A stretch of DNA of 64,000 nucleotides from Bilabrum cf. latius (taxonomy: Eukaryota), in NCBI GenBank assembly GCA_965178125.1, contig OZ237735.1, positions 992,001 through 1,056,000 on the forward strand, read 5' to 3'. Each line of letters begins with the position of its first letter. The stretch's first letter is position 1. Under the pieces are notes generated by a model. That model was given only the letters and a program-made list of their open reading frames with translations, was not told the origin of the DNA and did no database searches. The position numbers and the translations under genes are program-made. This document shows, piece by piece, positions 26,212-38,384 of the stretch.

Positions 26212-26452
26212 ACAATTCTCTTACATGAGCCTTTTCACTTCCCTGACCAAGGATTCGAAGGGTCAATTGATTGTCGCGAGCGGCGACCCCATGTGCGGGC
26301 GTGGTCGCAACAGCAGTGGGCATGCGAGCGTGCACTGCATCCCTCACCAAAAATTAGCTTGCTCAGCTTTGTACACAACGATCAGCCTGCAATGGAGAAG
26401 ACATCAATGATCCGTTTGTCTGCACGGTAGAAGCGGCGCGTGTTTGGGAAAT

Positions 26453-27298
26453 ATGAATGACTCCTTGGATCCGTTCTCTATTCACGACGATCAGCAACCC
26501 GAGCCTGATGATACCGATTGGAGTGTGTTCGAGGCCGAAGAGGGCCGATTTAGTTCCCGCGGATTGATCCAGCAAATGACCTAGATGACGTCGCTTAGCG
26601 AAGCGAGGCCAAAGGGGACCAGGCAGCAGCATCAAGCCGCTGAACCTAGTCGCGGAGGCGTAGAGTCGATCGCACTGCTTCACAGCGGGGCTTCTCCACA
26701 AGCATCTAAGGATTGGGCAGCATGTGCTCAACGTTCGTCTAGGCCTAGAGTCGATTCTGGCATTCACAGCTCAGATTCTGACGGGGGTGTGGCTCCTGAC
26801 GATGCTGCTAGTGGAGCACCTCGTGGAGGCCCTGCCACGGCGTGCTGCAGCAACTGCGAGGCCAGTTGCGCGGGTTACTGTCCCTGCTGTAGCCAGTGGG
26901 TCGCACCGGCCGTGAGGGTTGTATGTTCGACGATCCGAATAGTCTTGGCCTCAATACTCGGAGCCGAGCCCCGCGACCCGGAAGCGTCGCCTCACACTCA
27001 CCAGGTTCAAGTTTCGCATGTTCGCCTGGAGGACGCGCCAAGCTCTAGCAACCCTGCGCAGCGAGGCAGTGCGCATATAACTCGTTCGGCAGCGTTGCCA
27101 GCCCCGGCAAGATCGCCGCCTGACGCCTGCATGCAGGCGCGTGTGGCCGGTGCTCAGGCCCAGACCGCCGGCTCTGGATGGGAGACGACCCGGTGGGAGG
27201 GGGAGTGGCGCGAGGGTGACGAATAGGAAGAGGATCTCGACCTCGACCTTGACCTTGGGGCGGGCACTGTGAGTAGCGATGACGACGGTGCGTTTTGA
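26453..27298 (+). CDS. Hypothetical ~281-aa protein with a Cys-rich patch and acidic termini
   Basis: ATG 26453 to TGA 27296-27298, open when TAGs at 26582 and 27224 are read through. Contains CCSNCEASCAGYCPCC. AT-rich flanks. Confidence 0.5.
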
Positions 27299-27557
27299 TG
27301 GGATGATGAGAGATCGATGCACGGTTGCGTGCAACGACCAGCTGACCGCAGCATGAAGCAGATTGAGCAAATCTACCCACTTCAATGGTTCTTTTAATTT
27401 TTGTCCTTCTTTCCAATGCATCTAATCAAGTATAGCAATGTACTTTTTCGCGGTCCACTCCCCCGGCTGATTCGTAGCGGACCGCTCCAAGCCGCTATTC
27501 AGAATAATCGTCAGGCCCCCAGGGGCCACCCAGTAGATCTAGCCGGCACCGAGCAGC

Positions 27558-28979
27558 TTAGCTCTCTCCTTTAGAGATGACGGGGCTCCACTCCGGGCGC
27601 TCTACACGGCCGTACTGCACGTCGGTGATGGCCTGCCAGACCCTCTGGGCGAGCGGGCCCGCGCCCTCCTCTTGCTGCGGGTACAGCGGGCGCACCACCT
27701 TGCCATCGGAATCCATCGACTTGATCGGGCTGACTACCGCAGCCGTCCCGCACCCGAAACACTCCAGAAGCCTGCCAGCATCTGCGGCCCGCTCCAGCTC
27801 CCCCATGGTGATCTTCCTCTCGCTCACCTCGAACTCGCCCCACTCCCGCGCCAGCTCCAGCACAGACACCCTCGTCACGCCAGGCAGGATGGTCCCATCC
27901 AGCGGGGGCGTCACCAGCTCCTGTCCTGAGCCGTCCTCCTTCTCCAACAGCGCGAAAAAATTCATCGTCCCCGCCTCGGTCACCTCCCCCCCGTCCTCCT
28001 CGCCAAATACCCACAGCACCTGAGAGAATCCCTTGCCAGCGGCGAGCACCTGCGGCTGGATGGTCGGGCCGTAGTTAGAGCCCAGCTTGCTGGCGCCGGT
28101 GCCACCGGGCCACGCCCGGACGTATCGGCGCTCGGCCAGCAGGCTGACTGGTTTGAAACCCTCGGGATAGTAGGGGCCCACCGGCGCTGCAATGCAGTAC
28201 AATTTCACGCTGCCGCTCGGCCCCACGCCGAGGAAGGGGTGCGTGGAAATGGCTGTGGGTCTGAGGTACAGGGAATATCCATCGCCCTCAGGAATCCAGT
28301 CCTGATCGACACGCACGAATTCCTCGATGCACCTCAGGAACTCTTCCTTGTCAAAGGCAGGAAACTGAAGCCGGGTGCAGGAATCCCAGAATCGGTCCAT
28401 GTTCTTCATGGGGCGGAACATGCGAACATTGCCGCTATCATCGCGATACGCCTTCATCCCTTCAAAGCACTCCAATGCGTAGTGCAAGACACTTGCGGCA
28501 GGATCGATCTAGAACGGTGCATACGGGACGATCTTCGGCGACTCCCAGCCTCCGGTCTTCGTCCAGTTCACTTCCATCATGTGGTCACTGAATGTGGTGC
28601 CAAATGTAAGCTCCTCTTTAGGTTTCTTGGACTTGGGCGCCTTCGTCTTCTCGATAACCATCCGTGATGACTGCGGCAGCAAAGATGGGGAGCACTGAGG
28701 AGCACGTGCCACGTAGCGCTTGCATGTGTCCGTGTCAGACCCTATTCATGATCCAGATGCAAGCGAAGGGATTCAATAATCATAGTTGTACCGGTGTTTG
28801 GAGAACAGCGCCAACACAACCAGACTGCGGCGATCAATCATGGCAGTTGCACAAGGGAGGCTCACATCAATGCCACCGCCAACGGAGGCAGCTTCCGAAG
28901 ACATGCGCTGCACTGAAGGCCTTCCGATTGAGAGAACTCTCGCTGAAATTCGACTGCTTGACATAATGAGCCTGTTCAT
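27558..28979 (-). CDS. BCAT: Branched-chain amino acid aminotransferase, probably mitochondrial
   Basis: Motifs FGTTFSDHM, LHYALECFEGMKAY, YLRPT, KLGSNYG, EAGTMNFF, ILPGVTR and GCGTAAVVSP. Arg/Ser-rich N-terminal presequence. Intron 28671-28865. In-frame TAG at 28509-28511; ends TAA 27558. Confidence 0.95.
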
Positions 28980-29141
28980 GATGAGTTGAGTGACAATGCG
29001 TTGTTAATTGGCAACCGCACCATCGTGCCAATTTTAATGTTGCGAGCTAATAAATAACAACATTCAAATCGGATAATGAACGTTCATTGGTCGGAAGCGC
29101 AAAAAAGGCGCATTTCAACCTTGTCCTCCTGCGGCAGGTAC

Positions 29142-30428
29142 ATGCCAGCTTCCGCTCCATCGGACGCGCAGACGAAGACTATAGCAATGGAGCAGCCAGA
29201 ACCGCAGACCGGAACTGGGAAGATTGCCGGGGTGGTTGCGTTCTACTTTGTGATTAGCATTTCTCTCGTGTTTGTGAACAAGACCATTCTTAGCTCAAAG
29301 GAGCTGTCCATTCCGGCGCCTCTGGCAGTCACATGGTTTCAGTGTCTAGTTTCAGCCATCATTTGCTACGCTGTAGGGGAGCTTGGACGTAACGCGAGCA
29401 AGGGCAGCTTCCTGTACTAGTTTCCGGCTCTTCGCATCGATCAGAAAACCCTGTTCAGCGTGGCAAAGCTGTCATTTTTCTTCGTGGGAATGATTACGTT
29501 TAATAATTTGTGTCTCAAGTACGTAGAAGTATCGTTTTATCAAGTGGCAAGATCGCTAACGATTGGATTCAATGTGCTCTTCACTTGGTTGCTCCTCGGG
29601 GAGCAAACCACTGCCCAGGTCGTTGGCTGCCTTGCCATTGTTGTCATGGGCTTTTATCTCGGTGAGACGTATTCTGTGTGGCGGATGGCTACCGCTGTGC
29701 CATTGTGCCATTCCAGTGCAAACAGCGCTCGGCGTTCGTCTCCGCTCCTACCCTGCCCCTCTCCCTCCGCAGGAACCGAGTCTGAAGTGAACTTTAGCCT
29801 ATTAGGAGTGATCTTTGGAGTTTCATCTAGTGCGTTTGTGTCCTTGAATTCAATCTTCATCAAGGAGGCCCTGGGATTCGTGAAGGCTGCGAACGTGGTC
29901 GAGAAGGGCAGGGACAAGATGTGGCTCCTCAGCGGCGTCAACAACGTGATCGCCACGGTGCTGTTCCTCCCGCTGATCCTGGTGTCTGGGGAAGTGGACA
30001 TTGTGCTAGAGCACTCGGACCAGCTGGCCAGCCCCGCCTTCTGGGGCAGCATGCTGCTGAGCGGCGTGCTCGGGTTCCTCATCGGTATCGCCACGGTCAT
30101 GCAGATCCAGGCCACCTCCCCGCTGACGCACAACGTCAGCGGGACTGCCAAGGCCGCCGTGCAGACCGTCCTGGGACTGCTATACTTCGGGAACGAGACC
30201 AACGTGACGAACATGACGGGCGTGGCGCTGGTGCTCGGCGGCTCCCTCCTGTACGCCTACGTGAGGCAGCAGGAGAAGGCCGCAGCAGACGCGGCGAAGA
30301 AGGTGGCCCAGGCGGCCCAAGTGGAACTGAAGGGCGCAAGCGCGGGCCCAAGCGAATCCGAGCTGGTCACTCGCGGTGCCGCCGCCGCCTCCTCCTCCGG
30401 CGGAGCTGACCGCAAAGTCGAGCTGTGA
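29142..30428 (+). CDS. SLC35C1: GDP-fucose transporter-like nucleotide-sugar transporter (SLC35C1 family)
   Basis: Motifs FVISISLVFVNK, TWFQC, GMITFNNLCLKYVEVSFYQVARSLT and TSPLTHNVSGTAKA. In-frame TAG at 29418. A 111-nt in-frame intron at 29662-29772. Start may be 29142 or 29187. Confidence 0.9.
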
Positions 30429-30568
30429 TCTGGTCTGGATGTCATTAGGGATGCTCGCACTGGCACAGAGCAAGTCCTCTCCCTATGGTACAAATACGCT
30501 TGGATTTTCCCATTCAATTAGACGGCGATTGCACAAAGAAAATTAATATTGTTCCAGCGACGGTGGAA

Positions 30569-31459
30569 TCACAGGATCATGCACCACTTCGATTTCTTCT
30601 TTGGCTTCTCGCGCGCCGACAGCCCGCAGCGAATTGCTTGGTCGAAAATCGCCTTCAATCCCGTTGTGTGAAGCGCACTGCACTCCATGTACTGTACTGC
30701 ACCAATCTCGCCGGCCAATTTGGTACCATCCTCAGCGGACAGCGGAGCGCGGCCTTCCTCCTTCAATTCTGCAAGCGCCTTGGGGTCTTCGCGCAGGTCT
30801 GTCTTGGTACCGACAAGAATAATGGGAACCCCTTTCGCGTGATGATCGAGCTCTGGCACCCACTTCCCGCGCACGTTCTCGTAGGATGCATGCGAAACCA
30901 CGCTGAAGCAGACTAAGAACACGTTCGTTCCTGGGTAGCTCAAGGGCCTAAGCTTGTCATAGTCCTCCTAGCCTGCAAAATGAATCCAAACAAAAGGGAA
31001 TGGGGGGCATAGCATGAATGGTAGGCCCCACAGCATCACGGCGTGACTTGCAGCTGCGGCAGTGTCTGCAGCCAAACTCACCGGCAGTGTCCCACAAACC
31101 CAGGTTTACAACAACACCGTCCACCAAAACGGATGCTGAGAAGTTGTCAAATATAGTTGGGATACTGCGGGGTTGGAACTTGGGAGTTGCAGTGCGTGGG
31201 CGAGCGCTAAGGCGCGCCAAGAGCAGCACCGCGAAGTTTACAGCAGGTGTGCTACGCATAGTAACTCACTACTCCGTCGGAAATTGGCTGCGATGAGTAC
31301 GAATACGCTCTATCAAGGCGGGAAGTGAGATGGGCTGCCTAAATTTCGAGTGACCGTCGAAACAGCATCTCACTTGTGGGTGTATGAAATCAGCATGCAG
31401 GTCTTGCCAACAGCGCCGTCCCCGACGACCACTGCCTTGACACTTTCATCACTCGCCAT
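30569..31459 (-). CDS. RAC: Rac/Rho-family small GTPase
   Basis: Exons 31459-31374, 31287-31270, 31164-31082 and 30972-30569. Motifs [55 protein letters not shown], polybasic tail and CAAX CMIL; TGA stop. Confidence 0.95.
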
Positions 31460-31678
31460 TAGATTAGGTGCACGCAGAACCCCGTAAAGTATGCCTAGGC
31501 TAGTCGCAGTGCGGTAGCCAAGTATCTGGGTCCCTACCGATCATGATGAGGTGACCGCACATTTTATCTTCATCTTAATTTATAGCATGAACGAGGTCGC
31601 ACGTAGAGACGCGCCTCAACCAGGTTGAGCAGTTGGAAACTACCCTCTTTGCCGTCAATTTCATGGATTTCGTGAAAA

Positions 31679-34600
31679 TTACACTATGGAGGCGGCCTGG
31701 TCGCGCTTCCCCCCCGCGGTGGAGGCTTCCCCTCTGCTGCCTCCACTCAGTGCTCCGCTGTCGACGCGGCGAATTTTAGTGCCTTCCTCTACCTGCTTGT
31801 TGTCCTGCCCAGGAAATGGAACCTTTGATATCGAGGTGGAGCTACCCTTCCGCATGCTGCGAGAGTCAGAGCCGTGCAGCGACCCAAGCCGGCGCGTTGG
31901 TGTGCCGCCGTGGCAGTGCGGCAGGCAGGTGCACCACCCTTTTTTTCGCAGCCATCTCAGGACCGCTTCCGTGTAGAACATGGCCACGAAGCCGGCAGGT
32001 ATGAGCGCAATGGCGCTGATGACTGTTCGGACCCACAGCTCCGCCTGCGTGCTCTCCCTGGCTATCTCCTCCTCCTGCGCCCTGGCCATCATCTCGAATG
32101 CAGCCACGCCCACAAGGCAACCGGCCATGATGTTGTAGCTGAGTCGTACCCGCCACTCACTGAGGGCCTGCATGGTCACCTGTGAGCCCATCAGAGCCAG
32201 AGCGATGAGGAAGAGAGCTCCGGCGCGAGCCAGGGGAGGCTCTGCCAGGAACACGCCAACGAATGCATACAGGTTCTTGCGCACGAAGAACCACGCTTCG
32301 TACCACAGCCTGTGCTCATGGTGCACCCACGCGCCGAATTCAACTCCTAGATCCTGCAGGGTGTCCATGCGGATGAGAGACCACCGTCTGTGGCGCTTGC
32401 TCTTCTTGGACCTGAGGCCGCCCTTGCCCTTGCCCCTGCCCTTCCCCCTGCGCCCGCGCCGGCTCGACAAGATCGCCTGGTCCGGGACAGTGCTCCACCG
32501 CTCTGTTGTTCTGGTGGGTGCCAAGATTCCGCTTTGCATTTCGCTGTGGCTACTCAGCGATCCAACCCGGCTGCCCTTGTTTGCAGTGGAACCTGCCGCG
32601 CTCCACGCCTCGATCACTACTGGCCTCCCGTCGCTGCCTTCGAAGCTTGGAGCAGACGGCTCTCGGGCCGATGGAAGCATATCGTCGGCATTGTCAGGGT
32701 CGGCTCTACCCTTCTCTCGGGAGCTAGTAGCTGCAGAATGCACGTGCGAGCTCCCATGTTGAACCGAGTGGGCCTCGCTCATGAGAATCGCCGCGTCTGC
32801 GCTGTCTACAGACCCTGTCACGGAAGACCTGGATGCGACGGATTTCATTGCGAACGATTCCGAGTTCATCGAATTCCCTTCGCTGAAACCCTCGTCGGCT
32901 GGATCTCCGCCACGGGCAATGATGTCGCGACGGGCCTGCGCCACCTGCTCCGGATGGAGCACAAACCAACCGTCGGTAGCATGCCCGGCCACGTACCTGC
33001 GATACGAGTCTGATGCTCGCAGTTTCGCACAGCAGCATGGCCCAAAGAGAGGCAAGGAGGCACAGCGAAGCCTTGTCCACTGGAACACGATCGCCACCCA
33101 GAAGCTGATACCGGTAAACTTGCCGTGGCGCAAAGCCTTCCCACCCCCAAGCTCGTTGAACATGACCCAAATCAGTGCAGTTGGAAGTCCAACCACGGCA
33201 ACAGCCACCACTGCAGCCATGACTGTGGCTGCCACAGTATGAGACGGGGTACCGCACTCTATTGTCAGCTGCGATCGCATGAGCGATGTCCCGGCAACCT
33301 CGCGGCACGACATGAATGCCAGCGCCGTGGTGATAACCGATGTATAGGCAATCAAGACGAGCCGCCACAAGGCACTGACGTATTTCATCAGCCAGGAGCT
33401 ACCCAGTTGCGCCGATGGCATGGGCAGCACAGCAATTCCCTCTGCTTCCAAATCCTCCGACTCTTCGCGATCACTGCCAGAGTCGTCAGGCCCATGAGTG
33501 GTTGACTTCTTCAAACCACCCCCCCAGTTGACGGCGGGGGTGTTGCGACTATATCACTGCAATTTGGCGCGGGGTTTGCCCCATACTTTGCCCCGGGCTA
33601 CTCTTGAGTGCCCTGGCTGGAACCCGAGGTCTGAATGCGCACCGTGGGAGCAGTTGTCGCCGCCGCCTGTTGCTACTGCTTCCTTGCTGAGTTTTCGACT
33701 TCGATCGTGTCTGGCAGGCAGGAGTCACCGCAGCACACGAAACAACAAAAACTACATTGTCGCACTCCATGATGTGCGTAGAGAGCACGGATGTGGGAGT
33801 GGCTGTGCTTGACAGACTTTGTCCGCACATCAAAGTTGAGCGCGAATAGGGCATCATCGCTTATCTGGGACGCACGCTCCATCGGCACTTCTCCTGTTCG
33901 CGACTGCAGCACCTCGTCTATGCGACCAGCATCAGCTGAACACGGGAAAAAGAAGGCACCCCAGCCACCCATGCTCTCCTTCACAAGGTGGGCTTTCCGA
34001 AACACACCCTCCAGCAGAAGGGCAAGCAGCACTTGTAGGATCAGCACGGTCGTCCACCCCAAGCTGAAGAACGCTGACGAGAAAGGAGCCAGCGGAACCA
34101 GGCAGGGGAACTCCTCGTCGCCGAGGAGAGACGAAAAGTCAAGAGCTGAGATATCCAACCGAATTGAAGCCATCCTGGAAGCACCCATGATCACGACTAG
34201 CATCTGGACAAAATCAGCGTACACCTTGAAAAGAGCAAAGCCCCCGGCGTCGTTGTCGTTGCTTGCCAACAGCAAGAATGCTACGACAGCGAAGCCAAGA
34301 AGTAAGGCAAACACAATGAACGGCGCGTTCGTACGGGTGCATCGCACACATGACGATCCGAACGGGGTGAAACCTTCGGCACACTCGCCGCACAGGGGGC
34401 TGTCATCAACTCGTCGAAACCCACAACGCTAAGGCGAGTCTAGGGAGCAAAACCCTGTGGGACTATTAATGCAGCACACGTCCGGATCACACCGATAGAG
34501 ATCGGCCAAGTCATCCGGATTCTACCAGAAATCACGCGCAGCCGCAATGTGGCTCCCTCCTGTGCAAGCTGCCCCTCTTGGGCACTCACGGCACACGCCC

Positions 34601-37600
34601 TGGGCGTCCAGGCTGTACGTGCCTTCTGGACACGGTACGCACAGCTAATTTGAGATGCGATACTCACCAACTTGGCATTTTATCTCTGTAGGCACGATTG
34701 GGCTGCTGTCACACAACACTTGGAGCCCCACGGCTTGCCTTCCGGCGAGCAGGACATCAGGTGGCATCAGACCAACACCAAAGGATGCTAGAGGCACAGC
34801 TGTTACACTTGGGTCAAGCATCCACTACAGGAATGCAGCAGTGATACGACCGTCCTCGCACGACAAAGCAGTATACCCGTCCATCTGGACAAGAGCCGAG
34901 GCCGCAGCGGCATCGGCATTCCCGCCTGCGGCAAGCCCCGCCGAATGCGTTTGAACGGCCGCAGTTGTAGACTAGAGAGATTCTGTGGACGAGAAGAACA
35001 GCCTTGGGACCATGGCGTACACAACGCCTCTGATGGGCCAGCAACCATCGGGAGTCACACTGTCTGTGAATCGCCACGACTCAGCCTAGAAAACATCCGC
35101 GCGGACCGTTCGAAACGACGATTGCTATGTTGTTCCGTTCACCGATGAATTTACATGCTACTCCACGGACACACAGTCCTGAAGAGACTCCGAGCTTACC
35201 GTCACTGCGTTGGGCTGACCATCACTACCCTGCACCAGCAAGGCTGCAGCTTCAGCTCGGACCTCGCCCACCTGCTGGAGGTATCCAAGCATTAAGTCTC
35301 CGTCCAGAATAATGGCCTCCATTTGACCTTCTCCTTGCACACGCCTATGAGACCCGGCTCCAGTCTGGGGCCAGAAGTCCAGATCAGTCTCAGTAGCTGC
35401 CTGGGCCGCGGAACGAGCTTGCTCGTCGTTGCTGGGTGCCAGAGCCAGAAGGCGGGCGCGCATCCAGGCCAAGAATGCCGCACTTGACCGTCCAAGTGCA
35501 GCAGTCATCAGGCGGGTGGACTCGCTTGGCGCCGCCTATACGAGCACTTTGATCGGCTATGCTGGCAAAACGCTCCCAAGTTCTGGGTTGTCCTGTTGCA
35601 GGGCAGGGGCATCCCAAGAAGTCACCGTTCCCATGTAGATCTGAGCGAGTGTCTCCATAGACAGTCGAAGCTAAGTGGATCCGATCGCAGACACTGAGTA
35701 AACCGGGGCCACGCCAACCACTGCCACAGGCAGGACCAGCGACTGGAACCTGGTACCTGCTGTGGAGCCATCTGCTGCAGCAGCGTCTCCGCCTCGGTGG
35801 GTGAGAGCAGCGTACCCGGGTATGGCGGCCGCTGAGCCAGCAGAAATGAGGGATACGTTCGCTCCAGGGAAGACGGCTGGAGCGCTCGGTGGGAGCCCAA
35901 TCGCTGTAGCTGTGGAGATCCTCGCGCCTGGGATATCTGACCAGCTAGTCGCTGGCGGTCTCAGCAGCAGGGCGAACCTAGCATCTCCAGAGCGCAGATA
36001 GCTGCTCGCCGTGTGTCCGAAGGTCAGTGTAGCCCCAAGAGCCTCTGCTTCAGATGTGCCCGTTTCCGTGTTGCTGAACTGCAGATTCCGGTGTGCGCTC
36101 ACCGGATCGCTGTAGCTCGTGGAGCGCAGAATGTCGCGCAGGGCACCAACGGCATCATCGAAGTCGACCCCTTTATCTTGGTCCAAGGAGTCTATCATCG
36201 ACAGCCCGCGAAGGGTGCTGGTGCCACCGACGCTCCTGCTACCGCTGGCCGAGGCACTGGCTGTGGTGCTCGTGCTTGGTATTGAAGCACCATTGTACTC
36301 CAGATCAACTGCTGGATCCACGACAGCATATGCACTTCGAAACAAATCGAGCACAGGTACCAGGGTGGACGTTCCAATGGCCGGCACAGCCTGCTGTTCC
36401 TCCACGGCAAGGGCGGGGGACCCAGCGCACTGCACTTGATGGAGGAGTCGACCGAGCACCTGATCACGCACTACCGCAGGAAGGGTCGCAAAACCAAGCC
36501 GAGCAGCTCCAGCCGCTACTACGGGTGACGTGTAGAACCACTGCCAGAACCGGACAGTTTCAATCCGCTCGCGACACAAAGCCTGCACGGCGTCATTGCC
36601 CAGCAGAGCCACGGCGTCGGCCTGCGAGTCGGTAGCCGCAATCGCAGCAGCCTGCGCGGCTTCATCGGTAATGGCGGTACCTCGGGCTTGTGCAAGCGGC
36701 AGTACAAGCTGTCTGACGGTAGTCGTCCTGAAAATGATGTAAGTGTACCCTGCCGCGGGCCACGCGAAGGATGAGGCAGCGTTTGACAGGTCAGCATTCA
36801 GCCTGTCGTCGAATCGCCCCCCGAGCTCCATCAAGGCAAATAGCACCCCATTGATGTCTGCATCCACAACAAGCCCGGCTCGGTTGCGTATAAGTGCTAC
36901 GCTAAGCCCGCGGTTGATGGCCTCGTTCGCCACAACGTATCCAATGGTGCCTTGCTTGGCAACCACACGCGATGCCACCCCTCTGTTCCCACTCACGGGC
37001 TGTAGCTCGCTTCGAGTACCCCCAGGGACGCTTGCATTCGTGACCGGCCATAAAGGCGCAGCTAGAGATCCGTCCCCGTCGGGTAGAGCGCTCGACTCGA
37101 AGAACGGCGAGGCGGCGCGCAGCATGCTCGCGAAGATGGCCGTGGTTCCACTGCCCCGGGCCCTGACCACGCGGATGATTGGAATGTCCGGGAACCTGCC
37201 ACTCAGATGCGGATTCTCGTCTTCGATTCGAGAATCATTCCAGAACAATACCGTGCCGGCGAACACGTCAGCAAGCAGCTCGCGCGACATGACAATCCGG
37301 TCGCCGACGGTGACGCCGGGAGAGATGTCTGAAACCGTGCTAGGTGCAGGTGCAGGCCCCGCCCTAGGCTGCAATGGCACATTATACGTTGGGACGACTG
37401 CAGCAGCGACAGTTGGAAACATCTGCAGGTCTGGGTACGTGCTGTAGTCGTTGTCGTCAAGTAGCGAGTCTGACCCTGCGTACTCCACAGGGTTCGCCCT
37501 AATCTCCCGTTTCCCTGATGAAGATCCGACAGCTTCATATGTTACTTCCTGCAGCGACAGACGGCCTGGAGCGAGACGAGGTGATCAGTGTCTTGTTGGA

Positions 37601-37782
37601 TAGAGTTACAAAGCTTGCCGCATTGTGCGTCTCACCACTTCAGCTCTATCGAACTTCGAGGCAAACAGCGCCATTTGATACACATCAGCAGGCAGCGATG
37701 CCCCTTTTCCAACTACCGCAACTTCAGCTCGTGCTGAACTCAAAGCAACGAACAGAACGGTTGCCCGTGCCAAGCATTGCAT
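31679..37782 (-). CDS. Receptor-like membrane protein: signal peptide, two PstS-type periplasmic-binding domains, Cys-rich region, multi-TM domain (one apparent frameshift at ~33520)
   Basis: N-terminus MQCLARATVLFVALSSARAE, then PstS motifs GKGASLPADVY, YEAVGSSSG, EYAGSD, RARGSGTT, GTIGYV and WP. Second PstS copy LSMETLAQIYMGTVTSWDAP. Cys-rich CVPCPEGTYS...CRECPRGAAC...PLCGECAEGF, then several TM helices. Intron 37549-37635; multiple in-frame TAGs; ends TAA 31679. Confidence 0.8.
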
Positions 37783-38384
37783 CACGACTGCCAGAACAAT
37801 GCAGAGGCACCGGGTGAAAGGCAGCGAGGCAACCCTGAGATCTAGTGCAATATCTAAATAGTCTCAATCGCCACTGCAGCTGGGCTTGCCCTTTTCGTCA
37901 GAGGCTCTGCACGAAAATAACTGGCAGCGGAAAACACCAAGTCGGTCTATCTTCATCTTTCAACTTATTTCTGGTCGCAGCAGCGTGCCATGCTCGTGTG
38001 CCTGAACTCTTTCAGCCTTCAGATACCGTTTTCTTAGCCTGGGATCTCGACACAGAGCTCCGCTCGCAAGATACCATCGTATGTCATAGATGCACGCAGC
38101 CGCAGGGTGCTGGTGCACACAGAGCCTCTTCTTCGAGCCCCAACCGTGCGCACTCCGTGACATCGGACCCACACGCCTCAGCATGCCGCAGTCTCCCTCC
38201 CCTCGACAATACGAGAGACCTCTAACCCGGATCGACTGCATCTGCATCCATGATACCCCGCTGGATGTCTGCAGTAAGGACAGTATCCGGTCGGGCCCGA
38301 GTTTGATATAAGTTCAACGAAGTTCCGGTTTGCGTCGCTACGGCCACTGGTGGCACTCTTCTTCTGTGGCCCTCATCTTTGTGG

